A stretch of 64,000 nucleotides of DNA from an uncultured Desulfarculus sp. (GCA_963665125.2 CAXXUK010000001.1:1952001-2016000); one strand, 5' to 3'. Numbered from the stretch's first letter, positions 1 to 11,014 are shown. Notes: a model not told the origin generated them from the letters alone. Numbers and translations: made by a program.

Positions 1-1
1 G

Positions 2-127
2 GACTTTACCGACCACTTGAACGGCAGGCTGGTGCTGGAGCCGGGCAATCACGAGATCGTCCTGCGGGTCCGCGGCGACTGGGGCGATTCCGAAGTGCGG
101 GCCGGATTCAGCGTTTTGGCCATGTAG
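2..127 (+). CDS. 3' end of a CDS entering from the left edge (product unknown)
   Basis: Open frame DFTDHLNGRLVLEPGNHEIVLRVRGDWGDSEVRAGFSVLAM* with GC3-rich codons, stop TAG at 125-127. Confidence 0.55.
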   Translation, partial: DFTDHLNGRLVLEPGNHEIVLRVRGDWGDSEVRAGFSVLAM

Positions 128-195
128 CCGCTGAATTTCGCCCACGCCTTTGTGCTATCCTTGACTAAACAATCCCGCGCAGTTTGGTATGGCAT

Positions 196-1158
196 ATGAA
201 GCAAAACAAGAAAAACGAGGCCTGCGGCTGGGATGAAGAGCAAGCCGCACGGCTGGTGGAAAAGCTGCCCGAGGTGGTCAGGGTGCTCAGGGACACCTGC
301 TCCACCGAGCGCTGCTTTGAGCATATCAGCTCCGCGCCCCTGCCCAAGCACGCCGATGTGGTGCGCATCATCGAGTTGGGCCGCCGCATCCTGTTTCCAG
401 GTTATTTTGACGACAAGGTCATCGACCGGGTCAACCTTGAGTACCACCTGGGCCAGGAGGTTCTTACGCTTTACGAACTGCTGGCCGACCAAATCAGCCG
501 GGCCGTGCGCCACGAGTGCCTGCGCTACGACCTTGAATGCACCCATTGCAACGATCGGGGCGGCCTGGCGGCCTATGAATTCGTGCGCCAGCTTCCCGGC
601 CTGCGGGAAATGCTGGCCGGCGACGTAAAGGCCGCATTGCAGGGCGACCCGGCCACGGCCTCGCCAGACGAGATCATCTTCAGCTATCCGGGGCTCATGG
701 CCGTGACGGTCTACCGCATGGCCCACGCCCTGTTGCATCTGGAGGTGCCGCTATTGCCCCGGATGATGGCCGAATACGCCCACGGCAAGACCGGCATCGA
801 CATCCACCCGGCGGCGGAGATCGGCAACAATTTCTTCATCGATCACGGCACAGGAGTGGTCATCGGCGGCACGGCCGTCCTCGGAGACAATGTCCGCCTC
901 TATCAGGGCGTCACCCTGGGGGCCCTGAGCCTGCCAGCCGACCAGGTGGAGCGCCTGCGCGACAGCAAACGCCACCCCACCATCGAGGACGATGTGGTGA
1001 TCTACGCCGGGGCCACCATCCTGGGCGGAGAGACGGTCATCGGCGCACGTTCGGTCATCGGCGGCAATGTCTGGCTGACTTCATCGGTGCCCCCGGACAC
1101 CAAGGTGGTCCTGGAAAGCCCGCAACTGGTCTACATAGGCCCCAAATCAGGAGAATGA
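196..1158 (+). CDS. cysE: Serine O-acetyltransferase (EpsC/CysE type)
   Basis: [56 protein letters not shown] hexapeptide repeats; abuts cysK; ATG at 196 preferred over TTG at 184. Confidence 0.93.
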   Translation: MKQNKKNEACGWDEEQAARLVEKLPEVVRVLRDTCSTERCFEHISSAPLPKHADVVRIIELGRRILFPGYFDDKVIDRVNLEYHLGQEVLTLYELLADQISRAVRHECLRYDLECTHCNDRGGLAAYEFVRQLPGLREMLAGDVKAALQGDPATASPDEIIFSYPGLMAVTVYRMAHALLHLEVPLLPRMMAEYAHGKTGIDIHPAAEIGNNFFIDHGTGVVIGGTAVLGDNVRLYQGVTLGALSLPADQVERLRDSKRHPTIEDDVVIYAGATILGGETVIGARSVIGGNVWLTSSVPPDTKVVLESPQLVYIGPKSGE

Positions 1159-1159
1159 A

Positions 1160-2086
1160 ATGCCTGTTTTGCATGACGTGACCCATGCCATAGGGCGCAC
1201 GCCACTGGTCCAACTGGACACCGGCATGTTTCCGGAAGTGGTGGGGCGTGTGTTGGCCAAGCTGGAATACAAGAACCCCCTGGGCAGCGTGAAGGACCGC
1301 ATCGCCCAGTCCATGATCGGCGCGGCCATGCATGAAGGCAGGGTCAATGACGACACGGTGATCGTCGAGCCCACCAGCGGCAACACGGGCATCGGCCTGG
1401 CCATGATTTGCGCGGTGAAAAAACTGCGCCTGATCCTGACCATGCCCGAGACCATGAGCATCGAGCGGCGCAAGCTACTGAAGCATCTGGGCGCGGAACT
1501 GGTCTTGACGCCGGGTCCGGGGGGCATGGCCGGGGCCCTGGCCCAGGCGGAAAAGATCGCCGCCGAACACGAAAACTCGTTCATGCCCAACCAGTTCGCC
1601 AACCCGGCCAACCCGGCCGCCCACCGCATCACCACGGCCCAGGAGATATGGGCCGACACTATGGGCGCTGTGGACATATTCGTGGCTGGGGTGGGCACCG
1701 GCGGCACCATCACCGGGGTGAGCCAGGCCATCAAGGCCGTCAAGCCGGGATTCAAGGCCGTGGCCGTGGAGCCCGCCGAATCGCCGGTTCTGTCCGGCGG
1801 CAAGCCCGGCCCGCACAAGATTCAGGGAATCGGCGCGGGGTTCGTGCCCCAGGTGCTGGACCGTTCGGTGATCGACGAGGTGCTCACCGTGAACGCCGAG
1901 ACGGCCATGACCACCGCCCGAATGCTGGCGGCCAGGCAGGGCCTGTTGTGCGGCATCAGTTCCGGAGCGGCGGTATGGGCGGCCATGACCGTGGCGGCCA
2001 GGCCCGAAAACAAGGGCAAGACCATCGTCACGGTGCTGCCCAGCACGGGCGAGCGCTACATTAGCACGGATCTTTTCATTCAATAG
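1160..2086 (+). CDS. cysK: Cysteine synthase A
   Basis: [12 protein letters not shown]-lysine motif, [41 protein letters not shown]. Confidence 0.96.
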   Translation: MPVLHDVTHAIGRTPLVQLDTGMFPEVVGRVLAKLEYKNPLGSVKDRIAQSMIGAAMHEGRVNDDTVIVEPTSGNTGIGLAMICAVKKLRLILTMPETMSIERRKLLKHLGAELVLTPGPGGMAGALAQAEKIAAEHENSFMPNQFANPANPAAHRITTAQEIWADTMGAVDIFVAGVGTGGTITGVSQAIKAVKPGFKAVAVEPAESPVLSGGKPGPHKIQGIGAGFVPQVLDRSVIDEVLTVNAETAMTTARMLAARQGLLCGISSGAAVWAAMTVAARPENKGKTIVTVLPSTGERYISTDLFIQ

Positions 2087-2088
2087 GC

Positions 2089-2952
2089 TCAGTAGCTGAC
2101 TATGCCGTCAGCCTCCAGTTTGGCGGCAATGGCAAAGACCACCCAGGCCCCGCAGAGGTCGCAATCCACGTCGTTGCCGTAGCAGCAAAACGGCTGCACG
2201 AATTCATGGCCTTCCAGGTACAGGGGAAAGACATAGGCCGACGCCGGGCAATTGTCGGTTACGGCCTTGCACTTGCCGGACAGGGTCAGCTCCAGGGCCC
2301 GCGAATTGTTCCAGATGAAACCGGGGTGCTTCTTTTTCAGTTCCATGACCTTGCGTACTGCCTGGTCCCGGCGCTCCGGGCTGCCCCAGGTGAGCTCTGA
2401 GGTGTCGCCGGCCGTGGGCACGTAAAACGAAAAGGTCATGCCCTGGGCCTTGGTGGGTTTGACCAATTCCACCAGCTCTTCCATGAGGTGCTCGTTGGCC
2501 GCCGTGGCCACGCATTGGACCATCACCGTTGGGCCGAAGTCTTCCGGAATGCGTTCCAGGGTTCTCATGACCTTGTCGAACGAGCCCTTGCCCCGGATGA
2601 CGTCGTTGTATTCGGGCGGCCCGTCCAGGCTGACCACATAGATGCAATTGGGCAGGTCGATCAGCTCAATGGTGCCGTTGGTGGTTACGGTGTTGGTCTT
2701 GAACAACCCGCTGCCCCGGCGCAAAATTTCGGGCCGCAGCAATGGCTCTCCGCCCATCCACAACATGTGCTCGACGCCACGTTCCTGTTGGATTTGGGCG
2801 AGTTTGGATAGCATGGTCTCGTCATCCATCTCGCCCTTGGGGTCGTTGGGATTGCCCTGGCGAAAGACAAAACAGTGGCGGCAGCGCAGAGTGCAGCGGT
2901 TGGTGATGTTGACCATGGCCGCTGGAAATGACTTTACGGCTTCGGCTTTCAT
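2089..2952 (-). CDS. Radical SAM protein with C-terminal Cys cluster
   Basis: CTLRCRHC (CxxxCxxC), GGEPLL, TNGT, SLDG; C-terminal CCYGNDVDCDLCG. Confidence 0.88.
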   Translation of the reverse strand: MKAEAVKSFPAAMVNITNRCTLRCRHCFVFRQGNPNDPKGEMDDETMLSKLAQIQQERGVEHMLWMGGEPLLRPEILRRGSGLFKTNTVTTNGTIELIDLPNCIYVVSLDGPPEYNDVIRGKGSFDKVMRTLERIPEDFGPTVMVQCVATAANEHLMEELVELVKPTKAQGMTFSFYVPTAGDTSELTWGSPERRDQAVRKVMELKKKHPGFIWNNSRALELTLSGKCKAVTDNCPASAYVFPLYLEGHEFVQPFCCYGNDVDCDLCGAWVVFAIAAKLEADGIVSY

Positions 2953-3112
2953 AAACAATGCCCCCCTTTGTAAACAGTGTTTATATTCCACATGTGAGAT
3001 TTTGTAAATTCAGGCACGGCGGGAGCAACTATTTATCACTATTGCGCGATTCCATGCTAAAACATCATTATCGATGGCGAGATAACCTGGTTGAATCTAT
3101 AAGGAATAAGTT

Positions 3113-3712
3113 ATGAAAAACAAGCTGGTTGGACTCACCCTGTTTTGCATGATCATTGCTTTGGCGGCCTTGGCGGCCGGTTGCAACCCCACCATGGGCC
3201 GCAACTACTACGCCAATTACTACACCGAGCAGATGGACCGCTATCCCAACACGCTGATGACCTATGATACGGGTCTGCGCATGTGGACGTTCGATGATCC
3301 TGATTTCAGCCTGAAGGTAAGTCTGGAAGAAGGCAAGGACTACGCCTTCAACATCCAACTGACCAACAAATCCGACGGCGCCCTGGTCATCGACTGGAAC
3401 CGCTTCATGTACGTGGATGTCAACGGCAACACCCACCATGTGATTCACGATGGCGTCAACTACTGGGATCCGGTGGCCAAGCAAACTCCGACCGTGGTTC
3501 CGGCCGGCGGAAGTCTTGACGACCTGGTTCAGCCGGCCCGTCTGACCGAACGCGACGGCGCCATCCGACTTGCCCCGCTTACGGCCGACGACACGGCCAC
3601 CTGGGGTGCGTGGCCCCAAGCCGCCACGCTGATGATGCCGGTGCATTCAGTGGACGGCGAAGAGGTCTTCAAGATGCAGCTCGACATGAGCAGCGGCGGG
3701 CCCTGGTACTAA
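3113..3712 (+). CDS. Hypothetical lipoprotein
   Basis: RBS AAGGA, signal peptide ending in lipobox LAAG-C. Confidence 0.8.
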   Translation: MKNKLVGLTLFCMIIALAALAAGCNPTMGRNYYANYYTEQMDRYPNTLMTYDTGLRMWTFDDPDFSLKVSLEEGKDYAFNIQLTNKSDGALVIDWNRFMYVDVNGNTHHVIHDGVNYWDPVAKQTPTVVPAGGSLDDLVQPARLTERDGAIRLAPLTADDTATWGAWPQAATLMMPVHSVDGEEVFKMQLDMSSGGPWY

Positions 3713-3718
3713 TCAACC

Positions 3719-4399
3719 ATGTATATTGATATTGTCGACCCACGCCGCGCGGAACTTGAAGAACTGCGCGGCGTGGTGGTGATATTGGATATTTTCCGCG
3801 CCGGCAACACCATAGCCTCGTTGCTGGCCGCCGGCGCCCCTGAAGTGTGGCTGGTGTCGTCTTTGGACGAGGCCCGCCTATTGAAGGTAACGCACCCCGA
3901 GGTGCCGCTGTTGGGCGAGCGGGGCGGCGTGGCCCCGGCCGACTTTGATGGCGGCAACTCTCCGGTCCATGCCTCGGAAGCGCTTAAAACCAGGCAACCC
4001 GTGATTCTGACGACTTCCGCCGGGACCCAGGCCGTGCACCGCCTGATCAAGGCTCAGTCCGTGTTTTACGGTACTTTCGCCGCGGCAGCGGCCCTGATCG
4101 AGGCCATACGCAGTATCAATCCCGCAGAGGTTCATCTCGTGCCCATGGGCCTGGAGGCCCGCAAACCATGCGCCGAGGACGACGCGGCGGCGGAGTATCT
4201 GGCCGGGATGCTGCGGGGCGAGGAACCGGATTTCGCCGAGGCCGTAAGGGGGCTGGGCGATTGTGACGGAGCCCGGCGACTCAAACGGCTCAATCAGTTG
4301 GACGACTTGGCCTTTTGCCTGACCGTGGACTGCCTCGATGTTGTGCCGGTGGTCAAGTATGGCCAGCAACCGCCCAGGGCCGTTGTTTGGTCCGATTAA
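3719..4399 (+). CDS. comB: 2-phosphosulfolactate phosphatase family
   Basis: VVILDIFRA, GERGG..DFDGGNSP, LTTSAGT, CAED motifs. Confidence 0.88.
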   Translation: MYIDIVDPRRAELEELRGVVVILDIFRAGNTIASLLAAGAPEVWLVSSLDEARLLKVTHPEVPLLGERGGVAPADFDGGNSPVHASEALKTRQPVILTTSAGTQAVHRLIKAQSVFYGTFAAAAALIEAIRSINPAEVHLVPMGLEARKPCAEDDAAAEYLAGMLRGEEPDFAEAVRGLGDCDGARRLKRLNQLDDLAFCLTVDCLDVVPVVKYGQQPPRAVVWSD

Positions 4400-4598
4400 C
4401 ACGGAAACCGCGAACGAAGATGGCCTTTGGTTGAGTCACCGCCTGCCGTTTTACAGTTCGGCATTCCAGCCTTACCTCTTGCCTTGCCGCCCTTTTTCAA
4501 ATTATCTTTTGGTTATGTCTGGTAAGAACCGCGCGAACCTGTCGTCAACATATGCAGTGCCCTGAAGCGGATCAAACCGATACCGAAAGGAAGCGACG

Positions 4599-5240
4599 AT
4601 GTTACAGCGAATCGCGATAGTGTTTCTGGCTTTATTGGTGCTGGCCGCCATTCCGGCCCAGGCCAGGGAATATGTCGAAAAATTCAACCCGGCAGGCCCC
4701 GGCATTTTTAAAGATGTTTTTGTAAATGGCCCGGACGGCGCATGGAACGGCATGATCGGCAACGGTTTCTACCTCTTGACCAACACAAATCCCGCCGGTG
4801 GAGACGTGCGCTATTACAATGTGAACAACATCAGCGGCGAGACGTCCCAGGCCCTGGCCAACTGCACGGTCAGCGCCACGGTCAAGGGCCGTAGCGATGG
4901 CCCCCTTGGTGGCGCTGGGCTTATATACCGGCTAAATCCCCAAAACGGCACATACTGGGCATTCGTGGTCAACGACAAAGGCGGTTATGCCATTTACAAG
5001 CGCGGCCCCCAGGGCATGAGCCAAATCATGGGCGGCACCCACCCGGCCGTCAAGCCCGATGCACCGAACCAGTTGACCATCAGGCCCGCCATGGACAATC
5101 AGGTGGAGTTCCTGGTCAACGGCCAGACAGTGGGCGCGGCGGGCAGCAGCGATATCAACGGCCACGCGCCCGGCATCTTGGCCATATCTCCGGGCAGCTT
5201 TGGTTTTGAAAACTTTGAGATAAAAACCACCACCCCCTAA
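4599..5240 (+). CDS. Secreted hypothetical protein (beta-rich, lectin/DUF1080-like)
   Basis: Signal peptide ending AQA; beta-strand pattern GLIYR..YWAFVV..YAIY..VEFLVNG. Confidence 0.7.
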   Translation: MLQRIAIVFLALLVLAAIPAQAREYVEKFNPAGPGIFKDVFVNGPDGAWNGMIGNGFYLLTNTNPAGGDVRYYNVNNISGETSQALANCTVSATVKGRSDGPLGGAGLIYRLNPQNGTYWAFVVNDKGGYAIYKRGPQGMSQIMGGTHPAVKPDAPNQLTIRPAMDNQVEFLVNGQTVGAAGSSDINGHAPGILAISPGSFGFENFEIKTTTP

Positions 5241-5292
5241 AATGGCCATTAGCGGCCCAGTCGAGGGAGCTGGCGGCTACCGCTTCATCAAT

Positions 5293-5335
5293 AAGCCGGG
5301 AACGGGTACTGAAACCCGAAACCGGCTTTTTTATT
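5293..5335 (+). terminator. Rho-independent terminator
   Basis: AAGCCGG..CGGG/CCCG..CCGGCTT stem followed by T run. Confidence 0.7.
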
Positions 5336-5474
5336 ATTTGACTGATTATCCGCTCAAGCTGTAATACAACAGGTACTCTGCGTCAGTGGCGCGGTTAAGT
5401 TAAATTACAGGTGCATATAAAATGAATTGCACTCATAATACCTGCATCAACATGATATTTTCATAGAGGCATGA

Positions 5475-6341
5475 ATGTACCTACAATTTGTCAAGGCCTT
5501 GGCCGAAAACGCCGTAAAGGCGTTTAGAGAGATGACCGGCACCGGTGTTATCGGGGTCGATCTCAAATTGCAGACCAGTGAGTCCTTGGACTTGCCCATC
5601 GCCCAGGTAATTCAATACGAAGGAAAAGACGCCCCGCTGGCCGGAGTCTTCGTGTTGGGCTTTGACTCCACCGCCGCCGCCAAAGGCGTCGCGGGCGCCC
5701 TGGCCGCCAAACTCGGACTTCCAAAGCCGGAAACCCTTGATGAAGACGCCATCGACATGTTGGGCGAATTCATGAACGTCGTCGTCGGCCGGACCATTTC
5801 CGACTGGGACAGCGAAGGGATGCCCGTGGTTTTCGGTCCGCCGGGCAACCTGCAACAGGCCACTGTCACCAACCAGGATGGTTATAAAAACGAAAGTTAC
5901 TTGCTATCTCTCAGGCTGGCCCTTAGCCAGCTAACATTTAGTGTCACGTTCTGCTATGCTTCGGAAGACTCGCCGTCCGCCGGCAAAAAAATCCTGGTGG
6001 TCGACGACTCGCGTACCATCCGCAAAGTCTTGGCCTCGATATTGGAAAAAGCAGGTTTTACGGTTGAACAGGCCGAGGACGGCCTTGCGGCAATAGACAA
6101 ATTCAAAACCTCGCAGCCGGACCTGGTGATCATGGACTTGGTCATGCCGCAGTTAGGCGGCTTGGAAGCCATAATGAGAATTCTGGAAATCTCCCCCAGG
6201 GCCAAACTCATCGTACTCAGTTCCTCCGACCGCACCGATGAAGTGGTTACGGCAAAGACCCTGGGAGTGTTAGACTACCTAATAAAGCCCGTTAACGAAG
6301 AGCGTCTGCTGAAAACAGTCGCGTCGGCTTTGAACAAGTAG
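5475..6341 (+). CDS. CheX-like phosphatase domain fused to a response regulator receiver
   Basis: LGEFMNVVVG (ExxN) in N-terminal part; C-terminal ILVVDDS..MDLVMP..LIKP receiver. Confidence 0.82.
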   Translation: MYLQFVKALAENAVKAFREMTGTGVIGVDLKLQTSESLDLPIAQVIQYEGKDAPLAGVFVLGFDSTAAAKGVAGALAAKLGLPKPETLDEDAIDMLGEFMNVVVGRTISDWDSEGMPVVFGPPGNLQQATVTNQDGYKNESYLLSLRLALSQLTFSVTFCYASEDSPSAGKKILVVDDSRTIRKVLASILEKAGFTVEQAEDGLAAIDKFKTSQPDLVIMDLVMPQLGGLEAIMRILEISPRAKLIVLSSSDRTDEVVTAKTLGVLDYLIKPVNEERLLKTVASALNK

Positions 6342-6395
6342 CTATTTTTAGCTAGTCAAAAGCATAACTTACATCAAAGAGTCTATTATAAAAAA

Positions 6396-7529
6396 ATGAA
6401 GCCCCCCATTTCGACAACACCACTCACGCCAAGCAAGTCGACAATCGAAGCGACTGCGAACAATTCGGGAAACACTTTGCTGGCCCAGGTCAAGCACTCC
6501 TATCTTACGTTTCTATCTGAAATGGACTACGACCTCGAGGATGGTTTTCAGAGCAAGTTGGCGGAGGTGACCTTAAAGGTTGAGAATGCCGAGACGGACC
6601 AGGACTTGATTGAACTGAGCGTAGAGCTCAAAAACCTCATAGCTATTTTTGCCAGGCTGGCTTTCGGAATGAGGTCCGAGGCCACGCAACTGGTCAACGA
6701 GATATTTGAAGGCTTGGCCAAGGTCGAAACAAGGCTTCAGACATCGGCTTCCCACATACGGCAAATTCATAATGCCGGCCGCAACTTATCCGAGTCCGTG
6801 TCCGAAAACATCGTAAAGATGAGCCAACAGGTGGATGCCATAAACGACATCAGCCAGTTAAAGGACTTGGTTGCTGAAAAGCTTCTGCAGTTCCAAAGTT
6901 CGGTAAACCAGTACCACCTTGACGAGCAAAAACACATCAAGGCTATCACCAGCGAACTCGACTCCCTGCGAAAAGAGTTCAAGTCGGCCAACGAAACCCT
7001 GAACCAACTGAAAAGCGAAAAAGAAAAATTGGCCCGTAAGGCCAGAACCGATTCGTTGACCGGCGCATTCAACAGGTTGGCCTTGGAAGAACGTCTGCAG
7101 GAGGAAATGAACCGGTATCAACGTTACCACACGGGTTTCAGCATCCTCATGTTGGATCTGGACCACTTCAAGAGGGTCAACGACAACTTTGGCCATCAAA
7201 TAGGCGACCGGTGCCTGGTTGAGATTGTCGCCAAAATCAAATCAAAAGTCCGAAACGTGGACTTCGTGGCCAGGTACGGTGGTGAGGAGTTCGTGGTGAT
7301 CACTCCCGAAACAGATGTGGGGGGGGCGCTGGTCATTGCCGAAAAGCTGCGTATATCCGTTGAAAATACTGATTTCATGGTGCGGGGTGGCAAAGTCCCG
7401 CTTACCGTCTCCGTGGGAGTGAGCGAAGTAAAAAGCGACGACCAGACCGCCCAGGACGTCATTGCCCGGGCGGATCAAGCTTTATACGACGCAAAGGCGG
7501 CCGGCAGAAATCAAGTCTTGGCCTGCTGA
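6396..7529 (+). CDS. Diguanylate cyclase (coiled-coil + GGDEF)
   Basis: TDSLTG, DLDHFKRVND.FGH..GD, RYGGEEF, RxxD I-site (RNVD). Confidence 0.93.
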   Translation: MKPPISTTPLTPSKSTIEATANNSGNTLLAQVKHSYLTFLSEMDYDLEDGFQSKLAEVTLKVENAETDQDLIELSVELKNLIAIFARLAFGMRSEATQLVNEIFEGLAKVETRLQTSASHIRQIHNAGRNLSESVSENIVKMSQQVDAINDISQLKDLVAEKLLQFQSSVNQYHLDEQKHIKAITSELDSLRKEFKSANETLNQLKSEKEKLARKARTDSLTGAFNRLALEERLQEEMNRYQRYHTGFSILMLDLDHFKRVNDNFGHQIGDRCLVEIVAKIKSKVRNVDFVARYGGEEFVVITPETDVGGALVIAEKLRISVENTDFMVRGGKVPLTVSVGVSEVKSDDQTAQDVIARADQALYDAKAAGRNQVLAC

Positions 7530-7722
7530 CAAACTATCCGCCACCAAATTTTTCCTGAAAACGGTTGAACGTTGTTCTTGGTTAAAAAATGTTGTATTAA
7601 GATTGGCAAATACTCGAGCATCAACTGGTCATTACTATTGAAATCTGATCCGGTACTAAGCATAAACGACCTGAATACCTGTTTGGTGCTGATCCAATAA
7701 GGCTCTACCAGAGGCCCGGCTT

Positions 7723-9276
7723 ATGCAACATCTTGTTGATGGCATCAGCGTCGTTCTGATCGGAAAACAGTCCTCGGTTATTCCCACCATCGCCGAAATG
7801 CTTCAGCAGTTCGGCTATAACATCGTTGGCGTGATCAATAATGGAAGCGCAGATCCGGCAAAGGTTTTGGGCCTTGAGCCAAAGGTTGTTGTCGTCGACG
7901 CTTCGGACACGCAACGGGACTTCGCCCTTTATCTGGCGTCAACGCTATACCGTCAACACGGCATACCATCGCTCATAACAACTTCGATTCATGACGAGGC
8001 CACGCTCAAAGCCGTTCTGGACAATAACGGAGTATCTTATTGGGCCTGGCCGGCGGATGGCCATGCGCTGCACACCGCCTTGCAGACCTGCCTCAAACAC
8101 AATGCCGTCGAACCGACATTGGGCGAAAAGGAGCAACTCTACCGGACGACTTTCGAAGACTCTCCCATCGGTATAGCCATCGTCCGCCTGAAAGACTTTC
8201 AACTCGTAAAGACCAATAAATCATACAGAAAATTGTTGGGATACAGCGAAGAAGAACTCAAGGGGCTTGGCATTGCCGATTTTACCCATCCCGATGATCT
8301 CGAGGAAAATTTGCGTTTGCAACGCCTTCTGGGCAGTGGGGCGATCAATTATTATTCCATGGACAAGCGTTTCATCCGCAAGGATCAAACCATTGCCCAC
8401 GGCCACCTCGTTGCGTCGATCATCCGCGAGGAAAAAGGCAAACCCAGCTATTTCCTGGGACAGGTAATCGACATATCGGAACGCATCGCCATTGAGGCGC
8501 AGCGGCAGGAGTTGGAAAACCAACTGCGCCAGTCCCAAAAAATGGAAGCCCTGGGTACGTTGGCCGGCGGCATCGCCCATGATTTCAACAACATCCTAGG
8601 CGCCATAGTGGGTTACACCGAGTTGGCCATGGGCGAGATCGCCGTCGGAGCACCGGTCATGGATGACCTGCAGCAGGTGCTGGCTGCGGCTGATAGGGCC
8701 AAGACCCTGGTCAGGCAAATAATTTCGTTCAGCCAAAACACCAAGCCGAACCTCCGCCCCCTGGACATCCAACAAGTCATTGAATATACAGTTATAATGC
8801 TTCAACAAACCATGCCAAAGTCCATCTCCATAACTAACCGGATTGTTGACCGAATACCCCTGATCGTCGGCGACACCGATCACCTGCGGCAAATCTTAAT
8901 CAACTTGAGCAACAATGCCGTCGAGGCCATGCCCGACGGGGGCACCTTGTCTTTGGTGACCAGTCTTGTCGATGTACCGGGCGCTCTTTGCCATGCCTGC
9001 GGCAAACCGTTTTCCGGAAAGTACGTCAAACTGACGGTAAAAGACACGGGCCGGGGCATGGACACCGTCACAATGGGCCATATTTTCGAGCCGTTTTTCA
9101 CGACCAAGGAAGTGGGCCAGGGTTCCGGGTTGGGGCTGGCGGCCGTTTTTGGTCTCCTAAACAGCTTTGGCGGCCATATTGTCTGCACGAGTTCGGCGGG
9201 ACACGGCTCCACGTTTGAGTTGTTCTTTCCCACCATAATTGAAACCGGCGATGAAGGGCCAACCAACGCCGTTTAG
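7723..9276 (+). CDS. Sensor histidine kinase: degenerate receiver + PAS + HisKA/HATPase
   Basis: THPDD PAS; SQKMEALGTLAGGIAHDFNN H-box; DTGRGM, FEPFFTTK, GSGLGL. Confidence 0.92.
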   Translation: MQHLVDGISVVLIGKQSSVIPTIAEMLQQFGYNIVGVINNGSADPAKVLGLEPKVVVVDASDTQRDFALYLASTLYRQHGIPSLITTSIHDEATLKAVLDNNGVSYWAWPADGHALHTALQTCLKHNAVEPTLGEKEQLYRTTFEDSPIGIAIVRLKDFQLVKTNKSYRKLLGYSEEELKGLGIADFTHPDDLEENLRLQRLLGSGAINYYSMDKRFIRKDQTIAHGHLVASIIREEKGKPSYFLGQVIDISERIAIEAQRQELENQLRQSQKMEALGTLAGGIAHDFNNILGAIVGYTELAMGEIAVGAPVMDDLQQVLAAADRAKTLVRQIISFSQNTKPNLRPLDIQQVIEYTVIMLQQTMPKSISITNRIVDRIPLIVGDTDHLRQILINLSNNAVEAMPDGGTLSLVTSLVDVPGALCHACGKPFSGKYVKLTVKDTGRGMDTVTMGHIFEPFFTTKEVGQGSGLGLAAVFGLLNSFGGHIVCTSSAGHGSTFELFFPTIIETGDEGPTNAV

Positions 9277-9413
9277 CAGCCACGTCGAACCGGCGCATCA
9301 CCAATTCCCCTTTCAGAGACACAATGCGGCCAAACCCTTCCAATTCACTGTAAGCAACCGTTTATTTTATCGCTTTAGCCGCCATTATCGGACGCAAGTT
9401 ATTTCTTGGTGTC

Positions 9414-9435
9414 TATATGTCATTTGTGACATATA
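9414..9435. promoter_or_regulatory. Perfect inverted repeat, candidate operator of the aldehyde dehydrogenase gene
   Basis: TATATGTCA-TTTG-TGACATATA about 100 bp upstream of the ATG. Confidence 0.55.
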
Positions 9436-9532
9436 ATATGCAGCCAATAGCGGCCAGTCCCGCCCTTCACCGATGCCTATCACCGTTGCCGCCAAAACCA
9501 AAACTTTCTTGCAGGGAAAGGTAGGCGCCGAA

Positions 9533-10951
9533 ATGGGAACAATTGAAGCAATGGAGCAGACATTGGCGGCACAAAGGGCGGCATTCACGGCAAATCCGAT
9601 GCCCCCGGCACAGGACCGCATTACCAAACTAAAGCTGCTGCGCGAAAGGCTCAAAGCCCACCAGGATGAAATCGTAACGGCGCTGAGCGCCGATTTCGGC
9701 CACCGCAGCAGATACGACACCATCCTGGCCGATATTCTGCCGGTGTTGAATAATCTGAAATACTGCGCCCATCATGTCAAAGGCTGGATGCGGCTTAAAA
9801 GTCGCAAGCCCGGAATGCTGTTGATGCCGGCCAAGGTCAAAGTGATGTATCAGCCTTTGGGCGTATTGGGAATCATCGTCCCCTGGAATTTCCCGGTAAT
9901 GCTCTCCCTGGGGCCTTTGGCCTTCGCGTTGGCGGCCGGCAACCGGGCCATGATCAAGATGAGCGAGTTCACGCCCAACATCAACAAGGTCGTGGACAAA
10001 ATAGTATCCGAGGTTTTTCCGTCCGACGAAGTCGCCGTTTTCGAAGGCGCGATTGAGGAATCCCAGGCCTTCAGCAGGCTGCCGTTCGATCATCTGCTTT
10101 TTACCGGCTCCACGGCCGTGGGACGCCATGTCATGGCCGCCGCCTCGGAAAACCTGACCCCGGTGACCCTGGAATTGGGCGGCAAGTCCCCAGTGATCAT
10201 CGACCAAAAGATTCCCCTTGATATGGCCGTGGAGCGCATGATCCTGGGCAAGTGCCTCAATTCGGGTCAGATATGCATTGCCCCTGACTATGTATTGCTG
10301 CCCGGGGAACGCATGGATGACTTCATTCAGTCTTTTCGCAACGGCTTTACCCGAAGATACTGCCAAAACGGCAACGGCAAATCAGATTACGGCTGCGTAA
10401 TCAATCAGCATCATTTCGACCGGATAAACAGCCTGCTCGATGACGCCAAGGCCAAGGGCGCCACGGTCATCGATACCGATCAAAACCAAACCGTCAATGA
10501 CAGCGCCAACCGCAAAATGGCTCCGCAGTTGGTCGTGGGCGCGACCAGGGAGATGCGTCTGCTCCAGGAAGAAATATTCGGCCCGGTTTTGCCGCTGGTG
10601 CCCTATAACGGCCTGCAAGAGGCCATAGAGCACGTCAACAGCGGGCCCAGACCCCTAGCCCTGTACATCATGAGCCTGGACACCCAGGTGCAGAAACAGA
10701 TTCTGGAAAAAACACATTCCGGCGGAGTCTGCATCAATGACTCCATCATGCATGTGACGGCCGACGATGCCCCGTTCGGAGGCATAGGCTCATCCGGAAT
10801 GGGGCGGTATCACGGCCGGGAGGGTTTCGAGACATTCTCCCACGCCCGGACGATCCTCAGCCGGGGCGCCAAACTAAACACGGGGAAAATGGTCCATCCT
10901 CCATACGGGGGGGTGGCAATGCGCATGATGCTCAAGGTATTCATGCGTTAA
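9533..10951 (+). CDS. Coniferyl-aldehyde-type NAD(P)+ aldehyde dehydrogenase
   Basis: PWNFP, FTGST, LELGGKSP, NSGQICIAPDY (catalytic Cys), EEIFGP, PFGGIG.SGMG.YHG. Confidence 0.92.
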   Translation: MGTIEAMEQTLAAQRAAFTANPMPPAQDRITKLKLLRERLKAHQDEIVTALSADFGHRSRYDTILADILPVLNNLKYCAHHVKGWMRLKSRKPGMLLMPAKVKVMYQPLGVLGIIVPWNFPVMLSLGPLAFALAAGNRAMIKMSEFTPNINKVVDKIVSEVFPSDEVAVFEGAIEESQAFSRLPFDHLLFTGSTAVGRHVMAAASENLTPVTLELGGKSPVIIDQKIPLDMAVERMILGKCLNSGQICIAPDYVLLPGERMDDFIQSFRNGFTRRYCQNGNGKSDYGCVINQHHFDRINSLLDDAKAKGATVIDTDQNQTVNDSANRKMAPQLVVGATREMRLLQEEIFGPVLPLVPYNGLQEAIEHVNSGPRPLALYIMSLDTQVQKQILEKTHSGGVCINDSIMHVTADDAPFGGIGSSGMGRYHGREGFETFSHARTILSRGAKLNTGKMVHPPYGGVAMRMMLKVFMR

Positions 10952-10957
10952 AGGGGG

Positions 10958-10994
10958 GATCCCCCGGTGGGGCAAACACTCCACCGGGGGAATC
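10958..10994. terminator. Hairpin between convergent genes (probable bidirectional terminator)
   Basis: CCCCCGGTGG...CCACCGGGGG stem. Confidence 0.6.
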
Positions 10995-11014
10995 TCAATG
11001 CTGGTTGATCAGGA

